The notes under the pieces are model-generated. The model worked only from the letters and a program-made list of their open reading frames with translations. It had not been told where the DNA came from and did not search any database. Shown piece by piece: positions 1 to 12,406 of a stretch of DNA of 64,000 bases. Made by a program: the position numbers and the translations under genes. How positions within the stretch are numbered: the stretch's first letter is position 1; each line of letters opens with the position of its first letter. The stretch comes from Podarcis vaucheri (lineage: Eukaryota). The DNA lies in NCBI GenBank assembly GCA_965113315.1, contig OZ220372.1. One strand, written 5' to 3'.

Positions 1-306
1 AAAAGCATAAGATTGTGGTCCTTGCCAAATTAACTGGAAGACAGTAGTTAAATAACATAACTTCTGCAAGCATGGGTTCCCTCCCCCGTTTGTACAAAAA
101 AGTGTACTTACCATTTACAGGCTGAGGTATTAAGTGAGATATTTGTCACTTAAAGGGGAAAAAAGCTGATATAGCATGAAGATCTGTTGTTCCGATTTCT
201 GTTTTAAATGTGGTTTGTCATGTAGCAGGATGGGCTGCTATATAAGCAACAAGCCTAAAGTTCCCCTCCAAGCGTTTGCATAGCTCTCTAGTTTTTCCCG
301 TTCTGA

Positions 307-558
<252 letters not shown>

Positions 559-920
559 GCAAACAGAGAGATTAATCACTGTTGCATTCTGTGAGAAACA
601 AAGCCAACTTTATCAATGCTCCTACTTTTCTCTGTGCTAAACTAACTTTTTCAGTGAAGATGAAAGAGCTGCATACATGTCACAGTTTCCAAGATACTAT
701 TTCGTGCTGGGTACAGTTCAGCAAGTATTATAATTGAACAATATGTTCAGCTGGAATATATTCTTGTCTAACACCAGTGTGACAAATACAGTTTTCTCAG
801 CTGACTTTCTGTGGTAATCAAGTAAAGTTATTGTCATTACAGGGCATATTCTAATACATCTAAAACATTGTGTACATACATGTGCACAAGCAACAAGCCC
901 CTTACAGGAACAGATTAAGA

Positions 921-1047
921 GTGTGTGTCTCTTAATCTCAAGGTCGTGGATTGGAGCCCCACACAGGGCAAAAGATTAATGCACTGCAGAGGGTTAGACT
1001 AGATGATCCTTGTGCTCCCTTCGAACTCTACAATTCAATGATTCTAT
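921..1047 (+). mobile_element. tRNA-derived SINE with CR1-type tail (degenerate)
   Basis: B-box-like head, then gggttagactagatgatcc...ctctacaattcaatgattcta tail. Related copies at 24646 and 56906. Confidence 0.6.
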
Positions 1048-2051
1048 TCTAGGATCCTTCTAGGAGTTTGTGGGAACTGCATTTTATGAGCTAACCTAAG
1101 TGGCTTCCCCTTGTTGGCTGTTCAGTCACACAGATTCCTGTTAAGTCTGGCTGGACTGTTGCTAGGGTTTTCCAACAACTCTTTGCAAGGGCTCTGAGCT
1201 GTTAACACCAGACATATTGCAGTGGTCCGCTATCAACACTAGGGGCTTACAGCGGTTTGCAGCATTTTCTGTGATTTCTATGCCTTTGTCTGGAAGTCTA
1301 GAGCACTCTGAAACAGCTGCAGCCCTGATCAAACTGAAGACCAGCCAGAGAGAACTTGAGAACTGGTTTGTCTTTTTGTCTTCCTGGGCTGTTCCTGTCG
1401 ACATCCCCCATTGCTGAGGACTGAGATTTTGCATTTTCCCTGATGAAGAGCAAGTAAACAACTGTTTAATTATTTGTTTGTTGAAAAATTGGGCTGGGGG
1501 GTTGCTACAGGCCTGGGTAGAAAGAGGGGAAAGCAAAGGCTGGAGAAATAAAAAGGAGTGGTGTCAAGATATAGGTGGCCTAGCTAAAGTCCGTGGCAGA
1601 TCATGAATAGTGCAGTATTGATAATTATCTGGTGGAAATTGGGAGCCAGTGGCCAGGTTGGTCTGAGGGTGCCTTGTGTAAAAGGTTACACAGGTAAGTT
1701 TTTAAAGGTGGCCAAACTGAGGTCAGAAGTACAGCCATAGGAGCTTTGGGGTGCAGAGAGAGTTTAGTTTGTTTCATTTCATAAAATTAATACACTGGTT
1801 TAAAAAACACAAACACAAGGCTCCCCCAAACCTCAAAGCGATTTACAAGAGGATTTGCCACAATAGCTGAACTGGGTTGTGAGAATAATTGGCTGGCATG
1901 GAAATGGGGGGGGGGGGAGAGAAATTTGGTCTGCAGTAAAAGTCTCTTAGAGGCTGACTCTTGAGTCTTTGGAAAGACTGCAGCATGCAAATATCAGTAT
2001 TTCCTTGGGTACAAAGGTTGTCTTTAATAAAGCAATTATCTTAGTTTAAAG

Positions 2052-2240
2052 CAGGCAAGTCCATAGTCCGTTTCAGGGGCCTGATTCGGCCCCTGTGGCA
2101 GTTTATTTCCTGGGGTAAAATTCTTAATCAACAAGGGGTGGGGATGAAATAAAGGTCAACAACTTCTTCTTTTGGTCGGCCCTCACAGCCCTTCACTTCA
2201 TCAAATCTGGCCCCCTTTGAAAAAAGTTTGGACACCACTG
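2052..2240. mobile_element. hAT-type MITE remnant
   Basis: CAGG...CACTG ends with near-8-bp TSD gtttaaa(g/t). Reverse-oriented relative at 46157-46331. Confidence 0.6.
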
Positions 2241-2849
2241 GTTTAAATTACAGCACTCCTCTCCAGCCAAGTGTCTCTAAAGATGGTTGGCTAAGAACAA
2301 GGTATGTATATCTTTTGCTTCCTTGGGGTTACTGTTTTCTTGAGTCTGTGCGATGGCAGGAAGAACATTGTGTGTCTTCCCTTCTTCAAAATGGATCAGG
2401 TCCTAATATTAAGGGTGTAGACTAGAGCACCACTCTTGACTAAGGTGTCTCTGAGTCTACCACGAAGAGACCAAAACACTTGACCTGTGAATGTACTACC
2501 TGCTCCTGAGCTTGAAATTCTCCATCTTGGGGGCAGAACCATCTGAACAAGCTATGAATTGTGGACTCCCCACACCCCAACCCTCCTATCCCAGCAGCCG
2601 CCGCCACCGCCTCTTAAGTAGAAAGGAGTGGGGATGAAAATCCCCACAGAAACCTACTTCTTCATGTGAGCTGGACCTGGATGGATCAATGGTGACATTT
2701 TAGAGTGAACCCCAGTCCTAAGTGATTGCCTTGTATTTACAACAGTGACAAAATGAGGTAACAGAAGCACTGGTTGACGCTGCATGAAACAGAAAAAAGT
2801 TTCCCAAAGGTAACTTTCCTTCAAAAGCTAATAAAAACACTTCACCTAT

Positions 2850-5389
2850 TTCTTACAAACATATAAATTATTTTATTTACAAAGCCATGTTACAAAAAAT
2901 AATAATAATAATAAAGCAAAAACAAAATGTAACCCCAAAACAAAAGAAATACAATCGCTCACTAGAGAATATCTCCAGGCCTGGTGTTGAACTGTGGCAG
3001 TATCAGTCAGATACATGTTTGTTCTTTTTTCAAAACTGTAAGCCATAAAGTTTTATTATTTACACCTTACTTCCGACACAATTTTCACAAGCATGGAATG
3101 GGCTCTTTCTGATACTGCTAATACATAAAAGGTGCAGAACGAAGAATGAAAATACTTAGTGTTACAAAATATGGGTTTGTAGAAAAGAAACTGACTGTAC
3201 ACATATGGCATTTTCTTTTAGAATGATTGGACATGCTTTCTTCAAAAGTCTTCTGGAAAAAGATTCTAAAATCTGTAGTAGGAAAGCACAATACAGGAGG
3301 TGCAAAGTCATTTCTGTGCAACAGTTAATATTCCCCATGACTGACCAGCTATGCAAAACCCACAGAGTTTTGTTAAAGTGCCATGGGCCAACAGCATAAC
3401 AAAATATAAGGTGTAAATAGAAAATTTTCTTTTTTCCCAAACAATAGTTCACTGAGAATCAGCAGTAATAGAATATGCTGTATAAACTATTCTCTACAAA
3501 GTTTGATCAGCACTATGTACAATTGTTAACATTGATACAAAAGAAGGCATACAAGTTATCCAAGTCGCTTTTGTTTTTTTAATATGGCTGAAGGGCCTAT
3601 GCATTGCGTATGTGTAACAACCAAAGCTTCTGAGCCTCTATTGCTGGAAACGAATCACAAAGTCTTCAGGCAAAGGTGGGAGGAAGGAAAAAGGAAAAGC
3701 AACTGTTGAATGAATGCTACACTAATAATACATTATAGGCTGGTCCAGTTCAAATCCTTTAAAAAAAACACAAACACCTGCATTTCACTTTTCAGGCTGG
3801 ACATTTTAGCACGTATAAAATCAATTGGTGATTTTTTAAAAAATTGCAGGGGATTAAAAAAAGTATGAGGTTTTTACTTGGTTTCCAAAATGCTTTCAGA
3901 CCGATGCCACTGAAAATAAAAGGATACATACATAAGCAGCAAAGAACACTCCCCAGTCCAGCTTCTTACATAACAGATGCATGTTAAGAGCTAAGGAATT
4001 CTTAACACGACTCAATTGCTCCTTCGGTCATTGAGTGACATTAATTATCAGAAGCAGCCACTGAATCTCACCACCCCTGTTTCCCCTCTAGGAGTAGAAA
4101 ACAGCAGTTCACTTATCAGATGGTGTTTTCTTACTGAGATTTTAAAACTCCTGCAGTTGTACAACACAAAATAAATTAGTTTTTTTATAGATAAAAAAAG
4201 TCAACAAGGCTCTGTTCCTACAACTGAAGACAAAAATTGTGCAAAAATAACAAAGATATGTACACTTTTTTCAGGCTGAAGAAATGTACAATAAAACCAT
4301 AACTCAAAAGTACATGAAAAATATAAGCATTGCTTAAAACTTTCCTAAGTTTCATATTGTTCATGAAACTATTCCTGTCACTTCCCAAAAATAGCAAAAC
4401 ATAAATTACAAAATTAACACTATAAAATTTTACTTTAAGAATATCTTCTAATTTCCCCCCAAAGGGCCTAGCCGTGTTTACAATTGTTAAACATTGTATA
4501 AGCTTTAAAAATTTCCTTAAGCCTTCCACCCCCCCAAAAGTAAACGGCTTCCTGCCCCCTTGAGATGTAAATAAACCAGCATTTAAGTGCACTTTTAACA
4601 CTGTAGAAATAAAAATTAACTGCTCTGTAGTAATTTTGCAGTACCCTAGTATTATTAAGTTCCTGATTTCAAAATCTACCTTTATTTTTTTTAAAAGCAG
4701 TAATTCCTGTAAAACATTGTCAGTGCAATTCTAACTGATACAAATTCAGTATGCTCAGCTCCTGTCTTTTCAAAGAACAAATTGTTTCATTAAGGAAAAC
4801 AGTAGTATAGATTCTTTGTGGAGGAAATTTTCACATGGCGCTCCTATTAATCTCACTGGGAACAAATTGAATAAACCCTTCAGTACATTGAGCAGATTAG
4901 GAATACCATAATCCACAAGAGGTGCTTGCACACTGAAATCTCTGAACTATGTCAGTGAAACTTCTGGCCACACAGTTGTTAGTTACTGCTGAGAAATGCA
5001 CTAGGACAATAATAAATAATAAATACAGAAGTTACTGTAAATTTTAAACAATGAAGGGGTGTTTTAAATATAATATAACCACACATTGCATTATTTCGGA
5101 ATGTTCACTGCTGTCATTTGTTGCAAGAAACAAAAAGGGGGAAATGCAACAATTTGCTTTTAAAAGCTTGAATCCGAATCAAACCAGATTGCACAGATCA
5201 GAGGCCGATGTATATTGAAGAACTGAAATATGCCACAGTTTTATGTAGATTTAAAAACATTTGTGTTTTTTTAAAAAAACCCACCAAAAATATTAAGTAA
5301 ATTTTATCTGCAAGAGACAGAAAATAAAATAAGAAACCAGAGTAGGGCTGCTAAACCGAGAGAGATTATAGGCTGGCTGCTTTTCCTTG
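2850..5389 (-). other. ATXN7L1: ATXN7L1 3' UTR
   Basis: TE-free AT-rich stretch after the stop codon, with Pumilio elements and miRNA seed matches. The 3' end is approximate. Confidence 0.7.
2872..2877 (-). terminator. Probable ATXN7L1 polyadenylation signal AATAAA
   Basis: Minus-strand AATAAA at the end of a long AT-rich, repeat-free 3' UTR, followed by a TG/T-rich downstream element. Confidence 0.6.
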
Positions 5390-5431
5390 TTATGGAAGAG
5401 TCCTTATCCTACCAGTCCGGTTTAACGTCTT
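5390..5431 (-). CDS. ATXN7L1: ATXN7L1 terminal coding exon (exon 12)
   Basis: ttcttccag|AAG...: KTLNRTGRIRTLP*, matching the ATXN7L1 C-terminus NRTGRIRTLP. Confidence 0.9.
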   Translation of the reverse strand, partial: KTLNRTGRIRTLP

Positions 5432-5867
5432 CTGGAAGAAAGATAAGAGTTGATTGTAAAACAATGCAACATTTTGCTCCACTACATGAACTTAATTAAC
5501 TACAAACCCCAAAATTTGGGATACCCTCCAAACTGGTGCCAAAGTTTTGCAGTCCTTTTGCAGTCGGAACCCCACATTTTGCAGCAACCCACTAAACTGA
5601 GTAATTCATGCTCAAACCAGAGGTCCTAGGTATCACCCCAAAACCCAACATACTACCAGTTTACAGAACCTTCCCGACAGTTGGCTAGGCAGAATTCTGA
5701 CTTGCCAGACAGAGATGAGTGGCTTTATAAGAAGTACTGTAATGATTTAATGCAGGCTTCTAAACGTGTGCAATAAACGTGTGCAGCTTCGGTAGTTTAT
5801 ATTAAAAACACTGGTCAACAAACTGGTTATATAACCACTTCAGGAAAATTTGTAAAATGCAACTCAC

Positions 5868-5942
5868 TTGTTTGTTGTGCACTGGGTTCGGTGTACTTGA
5901 AGGACTGGACTGAGACAAAGCTACACTGCTATTTTTTCCAAT
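5868..5942 (-). CDS. ATXN7L1: ATXN7L1 exon 11 (75 bp)
   Basis: ttgcag|ATT...CAA|gtgag; IGKNSSVALSQSSPSSTPNPVHNKQ; phase 0/0. Confidence 0.92.
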
Positions 5943-6040
5943 CTGCAAGGTACAAACAGTATTCAGAAGGCAAGATGCAGAAACCATAGAGAACTGCCAT
6001 AAAAGCAAGTGTACTCTCAAAATCTATTGCTTCACTTAAT

Positions 6041-6342
6041 CAAGGGTCAGCAAATTTTTTCAGGAGCGGGCCAGTCCACTGTCCCTCAGACCTTGTGGGG
6101 GGCCGGACTATACTGGGGAGGGGGGAAATGAACGAATTCCTATGCTCTACAAATAACATTAAATAAAAGCACACATTCTACTCATGTAAAAACACCAGGC
6201 AGACCCCACAAATAACCCAGAGATGCATTTTAAATAAAAGGACACATTCTACTCACATGCTGATTCCGAGACCGCTCGCGGGCCGGATTTAGAAGGCGGT
6301 TGGGCCGGATCCGGCCCCCGGGCCTTAGTTTGCCGACCCATG
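6041..6342 (+). mobile_element. hAT (Charlie-like) non-autonomous element
   Basis: TIR-like ends caagggtcagcaaa / tttgccgacccatg. Second copy at 59468. Confidence 0.75.
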
Positions 6343-6721
6343 ATTTAACTCCCTATTAACATACTCTCATTTAAAAGCAATATGGAACACGTGGCTCTCA
6401 TTTTCAGTAATGTATCATGCAGATGTCAGGCTATCCTGGGAAATGTTTGCGGCTGACCGTTGAGTAACGGTGGTATAAGAAACCAGGAAGTTGCCTCTGC
6501 AGCCGGGAGCGGAACGGGAGATGCAACCTTTGTTCAACCTCATTGCTCACTCACAGGCCAACGGAGGCTGGCTGGAGCTGTGCATTACAATGGTTGGACA
6601 GGAGGCCGACTGGGTGCTCCCTCAGCGGTTCACCACTGTGGGCATCCTAATACATCCGCCAGGCTGCTTTGCCCCTGCCAAGTCAGGGAAACGAGACCCG
6701 ACAGACTCGTGAAACCCTTAC

Positions 6722-7667
6722 CTGCCGAGAGATGGAGCTGTTTGGAGTATCTGGCACCGTAGGAATAAGGTTGGCAGTGCTCTTTTTGTGAACGCTATTC
6801 ATACCAGGCATTTTAGTGATTTTACAGGCTTTGCTACTAGAACTAGAGTTTTTGCGTTTCTTCCCTTCCGATTTGTCAAAACAAAGGGGGAGCGAGGACA
6901 CGGCGTTGTGTGCTGTTAGGGAGTGGTCCCCTGAATGGTGGAGGAGGGAGGGCACAGGCAAACCGGAAGAGTCAATACTGTTTACTACGATGCTCATGTG
7001 TTTCACCGAGTCTGCTGAGCTACTTGATAACAAAGTCCGTCCTCCTGAGGACTCCGATTTGGCACTGAGTGGGGTTGTTCCATTGTTTGCATTGTGCACA
7101 GACAGACTGTTATAGGAAGATGTGGCCTGATAAGAGTTCAAGGTCGAGCTCGGGTTCAAAACGCAGTTCTTTTTGTGAGACCCTGAAAAGGAAGAGGAGG
7201 GGGACGAGGAAGTCTGCAAAGACAGCGAGGAAGAAGAAGAGGGCGGCCTTTTCTTTTTGTTGCTAGAAGACTCATCACCGCGGCACGAGAGATCTCTGAC
7301 TTTTGAGGATTTGCTGGTTTTCGTTTTGGATGGCTTGTGGGATGGGGGAGGGATAACCGCTGGCACAGGTGACATGGCCGACGGGGTCTTAAATGTCGAG
7401 TCTATAATACTCAGGCTGGCAGCCACGTGAGGGAACGCCATAGTGTGCGACATAATGGAATTTGTATCCGATGCAGTCACAAAAGCCGCGTTGGACAACA
7501 TGGCAGAAGTCATCAAGTAGGAAGAAGGTATTCTTGAACTGACGGGCGCCGAAGGAATATACACTGCACTAGGATTGCTGAAAGGTTGCAAAGCCGATGC
7601 TGGAAAAGGGGTGGAGATATGTGCTGCTGGAGAGGGCATCGGACTATCCACCGCAGGAGGGATTTTC
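6722..7667 (-). CDS. ATXN7L1: ATXN7L1 exon 10 (946 bp, Ser/Pro-rich)
   Basis: ttacag|G AAA ATC CCT...CGG CAG|gtaag; KIPPAVDSPMPSPAAH...DKSEGKKRKNSSSSSKACKITKMPGMNSVHKK...SRQ. Confidence 0.96.
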
Positions 7668-8368
7668 CTGTAACAGGAAAGAAAAAAAAATACTTTGAGG
7701 TTCGGGCACCTCCTAACTCAGCTTAGCTACAAGGACTGAGCAATAAACACATACACACAAATAAGAATTATTGGATAGTTTTAATTTACCAGTTCCAATT
7801 CATTACATTTTGGGATTTATTTCCAGATTCTTGCAACTGGGCCTCCTCTTACTTCACACTGGACTGAGGGTATATGCCACTCAATCACGTATGCTCTCCC
7901 AACTTCCCTGCCCAGCCGTCTTATGTGAAATTTCCTTCCATTCTTTTCTACTTACCAGTTAATCAGGAACGCTCCTAAACTTACTTTGATCAATTGAGTT
8001 TAATCTGGGTTCTCAAAAAGAAGCAACACCACAGTTGTGTTGTTAGTACTCAAATCATACACAGAACTGGGCCTGAACCACTCAAGTGTCAGAGTAGGTT
8101 TCCTAAGCAGTTAAGTCCTATTTCTCCCATTCTCCTGCCATCACCAGGAGACACTGCAGGGGATGGGAGATGTTGTTTACGCCTCCCCCAGCCCTCCCTC
8201 CCTCTACCAGGCAAGTTCCTTGAATTCACCAGACAATCTACTGCAATCCAAATAACTTCAAATATAGAAGGACTATCATAAACATTAACAACCAATTAGT
8301 ATTGGGATGTGCAAAGTTAACAGAAGACTATGTACCAAGTCTGACCCCCCAAAGTTCCAACTCTTGTA

Positions 8369-8369
<1 letters not shown>

Positions 8370-8417
<48 letters not shown>

Positions 8418-8465
8418 TATTGAATTTATATACCGCCCTATACCTGGAGGTCTCAGGGCGGTCAT
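8370..8465 (-). mobile_element. L2 LINE 3' tail with (ATT)n microsatellite
   Basis: (ATT)~16 followed by gaatttatataccgccc...ctcagggcgg, the reverse of an L2-type 3' end. Confidence 0.65.
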
Positions 8466-9526
8466 CAATAAATTACCACTAAAGAACAAGTGAGCCATGG
8501 TCCTTCAGGCAAATGTTACAAGTGACAACATCCAAGTTCAAGACAGTGCAAATGGCAATCACAACCCCAATCTTCAGAAGTTCGCCGAGTTTGCTTTTAA
8601 CGGCCCAGGCCCTGTGGGGGTCACACAGCGAACAAGGAAGAGACACAAGATCTTCTGGCAATTTTCTATCCTATGGTCACAGTGGAGGCTTCATTTAGCC
8701 ATCAAGACAAACAGCCTCTGAGAACCCTTATGAATTGGTATAAATCCCTTTAAAGCCATTTCTGCCAGTGGATATCACCACAGATTGTGGCATTGACACT
8801 GAATACATTGTGCAGAATACTTCTCTTTTGGGTGGGGGGGCTGCCCGGAATCTGTCAGGCCAATCAAGCTGGTTGAGTTGAGTATAGAACTTCGCTTGAT
8901 CCACTTCTGAATACTATCCATAATGGTATAAACCTGTTATGTCTCTCATTCACATTTTTTCCTGGTTAAAACAAAGCAATACTGAACTCCAAACATTCTA
9001 ACGTTTCCCCATGAAGAAGGTTCTCTAAACCTCTCGATTGTTTCTGCACCTTTTCTACCTCTACAGTCCTGTGTTTTTTTAGTTTAGTCAGAATCGAGTA
9101 TATACACTTCCAGAGTTAACACTAAATTCATTAATTCTGGTAAATGAACCACCACAGCCACTAGACTCTAGAGGGCCGTGAAAATTTGTGTCATGGGCTT
9201 TTTAGACTCATCTATCCATGCACTATCTGAAACCAAAGGGGCCATAGGAGCCAACTTCTAGGGACCAAAGTCCCTTCAGCCCCTCCCCCAAAATAATAGA
9301 TTTGAGGGGGTTGCCCCCCCCCAAAGTTGATGGGCATTGCCATTCAAATGGGTGCATGCACTGTGTGTTGTGATCAATTATATGCAGCATGGGGCTTACC
9401 CGCTCCCCCCCCCAAAAAAAAACTCCTTTGAGCTGACAGATCTGAAATACATTGGCATTATTTTCTGCTCTCATACCCCACCCTTAGACCTGTAGGATAA
9501 CATGAAAGCAGAAGCTGTTTACTTAC

Positions 9527-9648
9527 CTCCACATCTGTGAGTTTAAGTGTCTTTCTACCATGGAATTCAGTGCTAGTCGAAAACGATCCCATCTTCTATC
9601 AAATACATAGTAACCTCTTCCCATCAAATGACTTCCAAATGAACAAAA
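9527..9648 (-). CDS. ATXN7L1: ATXN7L1 exon 9 (122 bp)
   Basis: ttccag|TTT...TGG AG|gtaag; FCSFGSHLMGRGYYVFDRRWDRFRLALNSMVERHLNSQMW, a conserved ATXN7-family block. Confidence 0.96.
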
Positions 9649-10293
9649 CTGGAAAGGATAAAGGGGAAAAGATATAGGGATCTTGCAAAAATCACAGGAT
9701 GCTACTGATCAATACATTGACTACAGAAGTTTAAAAATGCTAACTAAATAGAGATTAGTCTGCTATCTATTTGAGTCTAGTGAAAATAATTGCATTAGTA
9801 AATACCTATGGCTTTCTCCTTTTACCCCAAAACTTGATTTCATTTTCAGGTGATTTGGATGTATATCACTTTTGGTATCTGTAACTAACATCCCTAAATT
9901 TATGCTGCCGTAAATATATATATATATTGTGGTCTCTGGCTTGCTGTGCATGCATCCTCTAGTAAGATGCAAGTCATCACAAAACACAGCAGGGGAGAAG
10001 CCACAAATTGCATTAACATTTGCATTTGCAAAAGCTACAGCCTTAAATACTATAATTTTAGAGGATGTTATTAGCTTTATAATAGCTATTATCTTACTTT
10101 CACTCCTAGGTTATCTACCTGGTAAAAAAAGTAGAATCTACTATTAGATTAAATGAGATAAGGAATTTCACACAAATACACTAAAACAAAAAATATTCTT
10201 GAAACCAGAAGAGCTTCAAGGTATACTATAGGGAGCCAAGATTGCAAATTAGTTAAGGATCTTTGGACTTACTGTGAAATCATTCTTCTAAAT

Positions 10294-10429
10294 CAGGCAT
10301 AGGCAAACACGGCCCTCCAGGTGTTTTGGGACTACAACTCCCATCATCCCTATCGAGCTGGATCAGTGGTCAGGGATGATGGGAGTTGTAGTCCCAAAAC
10401 ACCTGGAGGGCCGAGTTTGCCTATGCCTG
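10294..10429. mobile_element. Palindromic hAT MITE
   Basis: Near-perfect inverted repeat CAGGCATAGGCAAAC...GTTTGCCTATGCCTG; 8-bp TSD TTCTAAAT. Confidence 0.9.
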
Positions 10430-10887
10430 TTCTAAATACATCTAAAGATGACCTCAGGTGGGACTTGAGTTCCACCTAGTGATTGAAGTCAGGAAGTGCT
10501 GTTCATTTGCAGAAGCTTCTGGGTATCACTTGAACCATATGGCTGGTTCTTTTATGACAAGCCATACAGAGAACAGAACACAAGACCAGTGGCAATAAGG
10601 CAAAAGACGTACACCGCTGCTCCTGGCTCCTCTTTCCTCCAACCCAGTGGGAGAGATGGGCATCAGATGGGGCCGCTGAAATCTCCTGAGGCACATTCAT
10701 GATCCCAAAGGTGATGCTTCACTAAACCATCCTCAAGCTGGGAGGGGCAGGGGTCACTTGCATCTACATAAACCACAGAGGCCAAAACACAGCCTTCTGG
10801 TTTGGCAAGAGAGCTGTGTGCATCATTTAAGGAAGCACTTCTGCTTTTCCCTAATTGCTGCAAAACACTTTGCTTGGAGCTAAACAA

Positions 10888-11102
10888 GAGAAGACTCCCT
10901 GGAAAAGACCCTGATGTTGGGAAAGATGGAGGGCACAAGGAGAAGGGGACGACAGAGGACAAGATGGTTGGACAGTGTTCTCGAAGCTACCAGCATGAGT
11001 TTGACCAAACTGCGGGAGGCAGTGGAAGACAGAAGTGCCTGGCGTGCTCTGGTCCATGGGGTCACGAAAAGTCGGACACGACTAAACAACTAAACAACAA
11101 CA
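10888..11102 (+). mobile_element. BovB (RTE) LINE 3' fragment
   Basis: gagaaggggacgacagagga...ggtccatggggtcacgaaaagtcggacacgact followed by a (CAA)n tail; possible TSD aaacaaga. Confidence 0.88.
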
Positions 11103-11494
11103 AAACAAGAAGTCTGGGGCACGACAGGTCTGCTGGAGACAGAGAAGGAAGAACGACCGGGGGCACAACCTTCACAAAGGGAAGGGCTTCTGTGGAGCAG
11201 GAAAAAGATGAAAATGGACACAGGTGACAAAGGGCTCTTTTATTATTACTACTTAAAGGCAAAAGGTAGGAATGGGAAAGCGGGGAAACCTCAGGAACTA
11301 GCCTAGGGAATGGACAGACAAACTGATATGACAGAGAAAGAGAGAGAGAGTTTAATGGAAAATAGGCATCTAGATGGGCTCCATGGAAAACATATACACA
11401 AACCAAGAAGGGAACAAATGAGTAAAAACACACCTAAATTGAAGGAAGGAGGTAAAGTGTGTGCTCAACAAACACTCAAGGTGAAGCCAGAAAC

Positions 11495-11732
11495 AGAAGA
11501 AGAAGAAGAGTTTGGATTTGATATCCTGCTTTATCACTACCTGAAGGAGTCTCAAAGCGGCTAACATTCTCCTTTCCCTTCCTCCCCCACAACAAACACT
11601 CTGTGAGGTGAGCGGGGCTGAGAGACTTCAGAGAAGTGTGACTGGCAGCTGCGTGTGGAGGAGTGGAGACGCAAACCCGGTTCCCCAGATTACGAATCTA
11701 CCGCTCTTAACCACTACACCACACTGGCTCTC
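11495..11732 (-). mobile_element. tRNA-head SINE (MIR/L2-tail-like)
   Basis: Reverse strand starts gagagccagtgtggtgtagtggttaagagc (A box) with a degenerate B box; (TTC)n tail. Confidence 0.75.
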
Positions 11733-11776
11733 GGAGTGGTCACAGAGTGAACTATGGTCCAGGAGCATCTGCAAAT

Positions 11777-11835
11777 GAATTTCTGCCTTCAATCACTAGG
11801 TGGAATTTCTGCCTTCAATCACTAGGTGGAATTTC
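11777..11835. repeat. 26-bp tandem duplication
   Basis: gaatttctgccttcaatcactaggtg x2 plus a partial third copy. Confidence 0.9.
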
Positions 11836-11982
11836 AAGTCTCACCTGAGGCCATCTTACATTCAGTTGTTTTTCAGTATTAATGGGCTGCCTTCTACCTG
11901 AAACACAAATCTATGTCCCTACTTTAACATCACTATGGATAGAAGCAATTATATCTAAGGAGAGCCTCAAGGTCCATAAATA

Positions 11983-12371
11983 GCAACACCCTAGAGGTTC
12001 CGGGCCCTAAGGAAGTCAGATTAGCTTCAACCAGAGCCAGGGCCTTCTCAACACTGGCTTCGGCCTGGTGGAACGCTCTGCCTCATGAGACCAGGGCCCT
12101 GCAGGATCTGATTTCTTTCCGCAGGGCCTGTAAGACAGAGTTGTTCCGCCTGGCCTTTGGCTTGGAGCCAATTTGATTCCCTCCCTCTCTTTCTTTTTTC
12201 TTTTCCTTCTCCTCCTGCAATGAGGCTACATTTTAATATTTCAATGTTTCAATATTTTAATGTTGTATTTTAATTTTGTTTTTAAGTTGTAATCATTCAA
12301 CTTGTTTTTATTATTGCTTGTAAGCTGCTCTGAGCCCGGCCTTGGCTGGGGAGGGCGGGGTATAAATAAAA

Positions 12372-12405
<34 letters not shown>
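11983..12405 (+). mobile_element. L2 LINE 3' fragment
   Basis: Encodes ...RARAFSTLASAWWNALP...FRRACKTELFRLAF (L2 RT C-terminus), then a 3' UTR ending in (ATT)n. Confidence 0.85.

Positions 12406-12406
<1 letters not shown>

Noticed and set aside
6683-7651. 322-aa ORF as a standalone gene
   Set aside because: It is ATXN7L1 exon 10 plus read-through into the intron; canonical splice sites at 7667 and 6722.
8302-8493. ORF with poly-Leu resembling a signal or TM segment
   Set aside because: Translation of an (ATT)n microsatellite at an L2 tail.
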